From NCBI RefSeq assembly GCF_009914755.1, contig NC_060932.1: DNA of 64,000 nucleotides, one strand, 5' to 3'. Both the position numbers and the translations under genes were made by a program. The first letter of the stretch is position 1. Each line of letters starts with the position of its first letter. Of the stretch, positions 58,950 through 64,000 are shown in pieces. The DNA comes from the human T2T-CHM13v2.0 reference genome, Homo sapiens. A model generated the notes under the pieces. That model saw only the letters and a program-made list of their open reading frames with translations. It was not told the DNA's origin and searched no databases.

Positions 58950-59730
58950 TCTGTTCTAAGCACTGGGGATAAATCAGTGAACAAAGCAGGCAAACTTTCA
59001 ACTCTTACATCATTAGTAAAAGGGTTAAGGTCACAGATGATTCACAAGAAAATGTATCATTGATAAATCGTCTGAAGAAAACACAAAATTGGGTGATGGA
59101 GAGAGTTGACAAATTGAAGTTGGGTGATCAAGGAAGGTCTTTCTGAAAGGGAATTGTGAGTTGAGACCAGCATGACAAAAAGCCAGATGTGAAATTTTAG
59201 GGAAGATGGATTTCAAGCAGAAAAATCTTCTTGTACAAACTCATACAACTGCTTCTTTGTTGTTTTTTTAAGGGACAGAGTCTCCCTCTGTTGCTCAGGC
59301 AGTGACACAATCAAGGTTCACTGCAGCCTCAAACTCCTGGACTCAAGGGATCCTCCTGTCTCAGCTTGCCAAGTAGCTAGGAAGACAGGCAACTGCCACC
59401 ACGCCTGGCTTGAAGTTGGTGCAATTTCTCAGAACAGAAAGGAAAGTGTGAACAGAACAGAGAGAGGGAGGAGGAGCATAGAGATGAAGCCAGTGAAGTA
59501 GGCAGGGGCCAGGTTATATGGGATCTTGCAGAGTATGGTGAGTGGTTTAGAATCTCCTCTCAGTGGGATGAGAAGCCAATGGAGTGACGGACACGATCTG
59601 AATTATGTTTTTTAAAAGCACTTTGCTCTTCGTTTGCAGAATGGAATGAGTGAGAGGAAAGAGTGGAAGCAGGAGAAGGAAGCCACAGTGGTATCCAAAA
59701 GAGGAAAAGTGGGTTAGCCTAGGGTGATAG
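58950..59730 (-). mobile_element. L2 fragment with a nested antisense Alu monomer (FRAM/AluJ right arm, ~59255-59410)
   Basis: L2 motifs gatcaaggaaggtctttctgaa and gggatgagaagccaatggag; Alu piece gttcactgcagcctcaaactcctggactcaagggatcctcc. Confidence 0.7.
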
Positions 59731-60265
59731 CCAGAGCACTCTTTTAGGAGTCTCCCAATGATCCTTGTTCTGAAATGCCTCCTGCCTCTGCAGAACAAAA
59801 TCCTTTCCATGTAAATAGTTCGTGTTTTAATGCAAATGGGAAGGATGGTGTACTTCCTCCACATCTGTTTCCTGTTGCAGGGCTTGGGACTGTCAGTGCT
59901 TTTTCTCCACATGGAGGTTATTTTGAAACATCCAGGTGGTTTTGATCAAATCATATATTCTTAGAATATTATTCTTAAGCTTCAATAATAACCCTACAGA
60001 TAGAAAGATTAACATAAACTGACTAAAGAAATGTTAACTGCCAGGAGATTAAGGCAATATCTCAATTCATAATCTATAGTACTTTGGGGTTAAGCTTTGA
60101 CTTGCAGGATGTAATTTACTGACCAGTAACAAAGACTCCACCTAGCTGGAACCTCATTCCAGAAATGTTTCTTTTGATAAGATTCTTAGATACTGAAACA
60201 TCATTTTTAAAAAGCTGTGCTTTGGGAAATCAATTTGGGGGATTGTATCAGGAATTACAGGCAGC

Positions 60266-60438
60266 AATAGCTTCATAAATGTGCAACCCATGCAGCTTCC
60301 CAGGGCCTGTGCTTAGCAAGGCTTCACACTTGGTTTAATGCTGTGCCTTCATTGTCTTGAATTCCTAATAATTTTTTAACAAGGGGCCTCACAGTTTTCT
60401 TTTGTACCAGGCACCACAAATTATGTAGCCAGTCCAGA
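60266..60438. mobile_element. MER45A (hAT-Tip100)
   Basis: cttggtttaatgctgtg...gtcttgaattcctaataattttttaacaaggggcc...cacaaattatgtagccagtcc. Confidence 0.8.
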
Positions 60439-63419
60439 ATTCAGGGCTCAAAACACTCTATGAAAATCTGTTCGTCTGCTATAAGATATAGAAAGATAGA
60501 GACAGGAAAGGAGCAGACTTGAATAAAGGAATTCTCAGAAAAGCAAATTCATCAATTATAAAATTTGAGACTTTTTAGTCTAGTGGTTCTCAGGTGCCTG
60601 TTTACAGTCCATGCCCACCAGATTTTTACCTCTCCATAGCAAAATCACAAGAATGATGATGCCATTGGGTTCTTATTTTTTAGCTAAATGTATTCAACTC
60701 AAATGTCTGCTCTTTATTCTGAGATTAGATTCACCTATAATTTTTGCTGTAAAAATATTTTCGTTTTATATAATAACATGTTGGCAATAGGTAGAAGCTT
60801 TTTCTTTGTATTTAAAGTACCTTCTGTAAAAGAAAACTTGACCATCTCATTTCAGCTCAATGCTTCTTGGCAGAAAAGAAGAAGTCCTTTATCCCACTCC
60901 TGTACCTTTACCTGTTTTTTCTAATCCCAGGCTCACTTTTCTCTTATTGTAATTATTCTCAATACCAATGCCTCACCATTCACAAATACCTAAACTCAGT
61001 TTTGTACAACTGAGTAAAAGGTAATCAGAAACAAATCCACACGAATATTAGAACTTCTGGCAAGGCAAAATTGAAATTGGGGAAGGATTACCCTCTTGCA
61101 ACCAAACTACTTATCTTTTTTTATAGTTTTATTTTATAAATCCATCCTTTTTATGCCCCAAAGGATAGCAACATTTTTCTTTTCATCTTTGTGTCTCCAG
61201 CATTTAGCACAGGGCATTGTACTCAATAATCCTTCAATGAATATATAGAAACTAAATAAATATAAATAAATAAAAATTTTAAACTAGAAATGGAAGGATG
61301 TCTCTCTTCCATTTACACCTTCTTTGGCAGTTTCAACCCTTCCTTAGCCAGAGAACAATAATGACCGTAAGAAATGTTAATAAAGATACACTACATCTGT
61401 AACAGGAAGTTAAAATTAGACATTTTCTCTATTTCAGCTAAAACTGAGAAGGTACCTTTTACTCCCTCATTTCAAAATGAGGCATGAGCCCACCAAATAA
61501 AGCCTTGAAAAGCTGGTAGACAGGGACTGATTTCATGACCCTTGGCTGACCGCCCAATACAACAGTGTGGAGATTAGAGCAAGGTTTTCAGAGAGGGCTG
61601 TTGTTGATGTTCTGGGAATCCTGTCCTATCCCAACCCTTAAGGGTAAGGGGTGAGGGATGCTTTTACCTTATCCCAAATAGGTAAGAGCCTTCATTGAAA
61701 CAAACCAAAGAGCTTGGGGGAAACAATGGCTTAGACTTTGAGTCAAATACGAGAAATGAAAAGGGGGAGAGACTACAGCTGCTTGGAGACCTGACAAGGG
61801 GATGTAAAGAGCTGCCATCCGGTGAGTATGCTGAAACCTGCGGGGCAAAGAATGTTTCGTGTTGGCAAGATGTGGCCTTACAAGAGAGAACTGGCCTGAA
61901 AGAGTCTTGGATCTTGTCCAGAACTGTCCTGCAAGAATCTTAGTTCTCTTCTACCTGGGGGAGGGAGGTAATGCGAGCAGAAAGAACATGGAGGTCTACT
62001 GTAAGAGCCCTGGGAAGGAGCTATGAGTGACCAGTGGGAAGAGCTGCTTTCAGTCACAAAGAGCAAACTACAGATATCTCTCTAGTGAGGAGAAGACAAA
62101 GAACTCCTAAAATATCCCACCCAACAAGAGAGAGTCAGCTTTAAACACCTAACAAAATACAAAGAGCTGATGCCAGCAAGTAAGATCCCTGGAATCTAGT
62201 ACAGTGCTTTGAACATAGAAGGGACTCAACAGATGTTGGGGAACACAAAGACCTGTTCCCTCGTTGGGCTAATGTTGCAGGAATGATTCTCAGCTTTGTA
62301 CACATGAAGGAATTATGAGGTTCAGGTTAAGTGCCTCACTTCAAAATTTAATTTTTAGTCCAGACCAGTGTTGTTTTAATTTTACTACACTCACAGTTAA
62401 GAGGAGTCCAGAGGAGCACCCTTGAAACTATAGTGCTAATATCAAGTTTGTGATGTAGAGCAACTAAGTGTTTCTGAGAGGGCTTCAAGGCATCCTTTCC
62501 TGTGCTGTTTTTACGTTCCAGGTTATTAAGCTTATCTTAGGTGAAGTCAAGCTTTAAGTGGTAGTTACTATGTGCCTGGCAGAATACAGGGCACTGAAGG
62601 CTCAAATGAGAATAAGACAATCCCTGACCTCAAGTGGCTGATAGCAAATGGATTAAAGGCAATTGTTTATCATTTACTTAATGTATAGCACGAGCTCAAG
62701 AAATCTTACATTTCTATAGTTACATTACTGTCACTATAACATTAATAGTTGAACTAGGCTTCCCAACAGATGTAAAAGCCTTCTAATCTAGAGATAAATA
62801 AAGATTGTACTTTTTGTTATCATCAGATTTTATTATTCTTTGATGATGATTGACTAAATATACTAATGAGGATTGAAAAATATACTGCTTTAAATAGTTA
62901 TGTCATAATTTCTATCAGTCATGCAATTAGAAGTACATATATGGATACATATTTTTTCTATTGCCCCTTTTTTCCTGGCTTTGTTAATGTATAATATATT
63001 GCTTTTCTGCATTCACTCTCCATTTGATTTTTCTCCTAATGTAATTTACCACCTGCAGAAGTATGAGGCCTGGAAAATGCAGGTGTGAAATGCTCATTAG
63101 CACAATACCAATAAATCAACACATGTTTAAAAGAATCTTCTACCTAACCCTATTTCTTAAACTTTGTATTCAGTCATAATTTTCAGATTTAAAAATTGGT
63201 CCAGGTTATAGATCAGGAGATAGCTGTATTTTTACATAACTATTAGGAATGCTGTGGTTTTCTAACCAGAGAAATATGACAGTAATTTCTTGCGAAAGAT
63301 TTGGGACATTGTGACTGAGCCAAACTAAGAATGAAAGAAGATGGAGAAAATAAACATAACCACATGTCCTATAAGTCTTCTGTATGAAGACAGGTGTGAA
63401 GCCTATGAGGAGGGGGTCA

Positions 63420-64000
63420 TTGATTCATGAATTGATTGATTCACTCATTTATTAATTCATATAGTATATGTTTTTGGTGTGCATATAATTGCAAAGCACT
63501 GTATTGGATACATAAAAGAAATCTACTTCCTTTTGAAGTGACTTCTAAAAGACACTCCCCATCAGAGTGTCTAATGAAATGAGAGAGACAGAACAAAGTG
63601 GACATGAACAAATCTGTTGGTAGACTTTATGATAAACACCATGAGAAGCAAATGAGCAGAATGCAGTGCTAAAGAGTAACCTGGGGTGAAGTGGGAGCTA
63701 GGGAAAGAGGATGAGAGACAACCTACTTAAAATTGTAGGGATGGTCTTTCAGAGGAGACTTAAAAAATAAGAAGCAATCAGCAATTCAAAGAGCATTCCA
63801 GGTGGAGGTAAGAGCATATGCAAAGGCCCTCTGGACAGAAAGAGATTCACATATTTGGGAATCTTGAAGGATATCAAGGCAACTAGGACATGGGCAAGAA
63901 AAGTGGCCCAAGACTATCAGGGCACTATGGACCATTGAAAGATGCTTTGAAATTCATCCAACCACAGTGGAAAGCCATTCAGTTCTTTAAAGTCAGAGAA
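63420..64000 (-). mobile_element. L2 3' region, runs off window end
   Basis: attcactcatttatt tail; gagcattccaggtggaggtaagagcatatgcaaaggccct. Confidence 0.7.

Overview
AT-rich, CpG-depleted primate (most likely human) genomic DNA, dense with Alu, L1, L2, MIR, MaLR/ERV and DNA-transposon remnants. The only host coding sequence I can support is a 26-nt first coding exon at 6481-6506 (+). It reads MTKDKNSP(G), which I recognise as the alternative N-terminus of OXR1, and lies in a small GC-rich promoter-like patch. Everything downstream appears to be one long intron; the next OXR1 exon (LKKKSQSVD...) was not found. I see no convincing new protein-coding or prokaryote-type system, and nearly all ORF-track entries are repeat-derived or chance. 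The most interesting signals are structural: (1) an L1PA2 carrying a ~72-bp 3' transduction inside a 14-bp TSD; (2) two cases of a retroelement re-inserting into an older Alu's TSD; (3) a ~170-bp, ~90%-identical non-Alu inverted duplication able to form a long intronic RNA hairpin; (4) a 23/24-bp hairpin in unique sequence; (5) a sense-oriented solo LTR2B; (6) a twin-primed inverted L1; (7) a full-length Tigger2 and a two-LTR MST provirus. Gene and subfamily names come from recalled consensus sequences and need BLAT/RepeatMasker confirmation.
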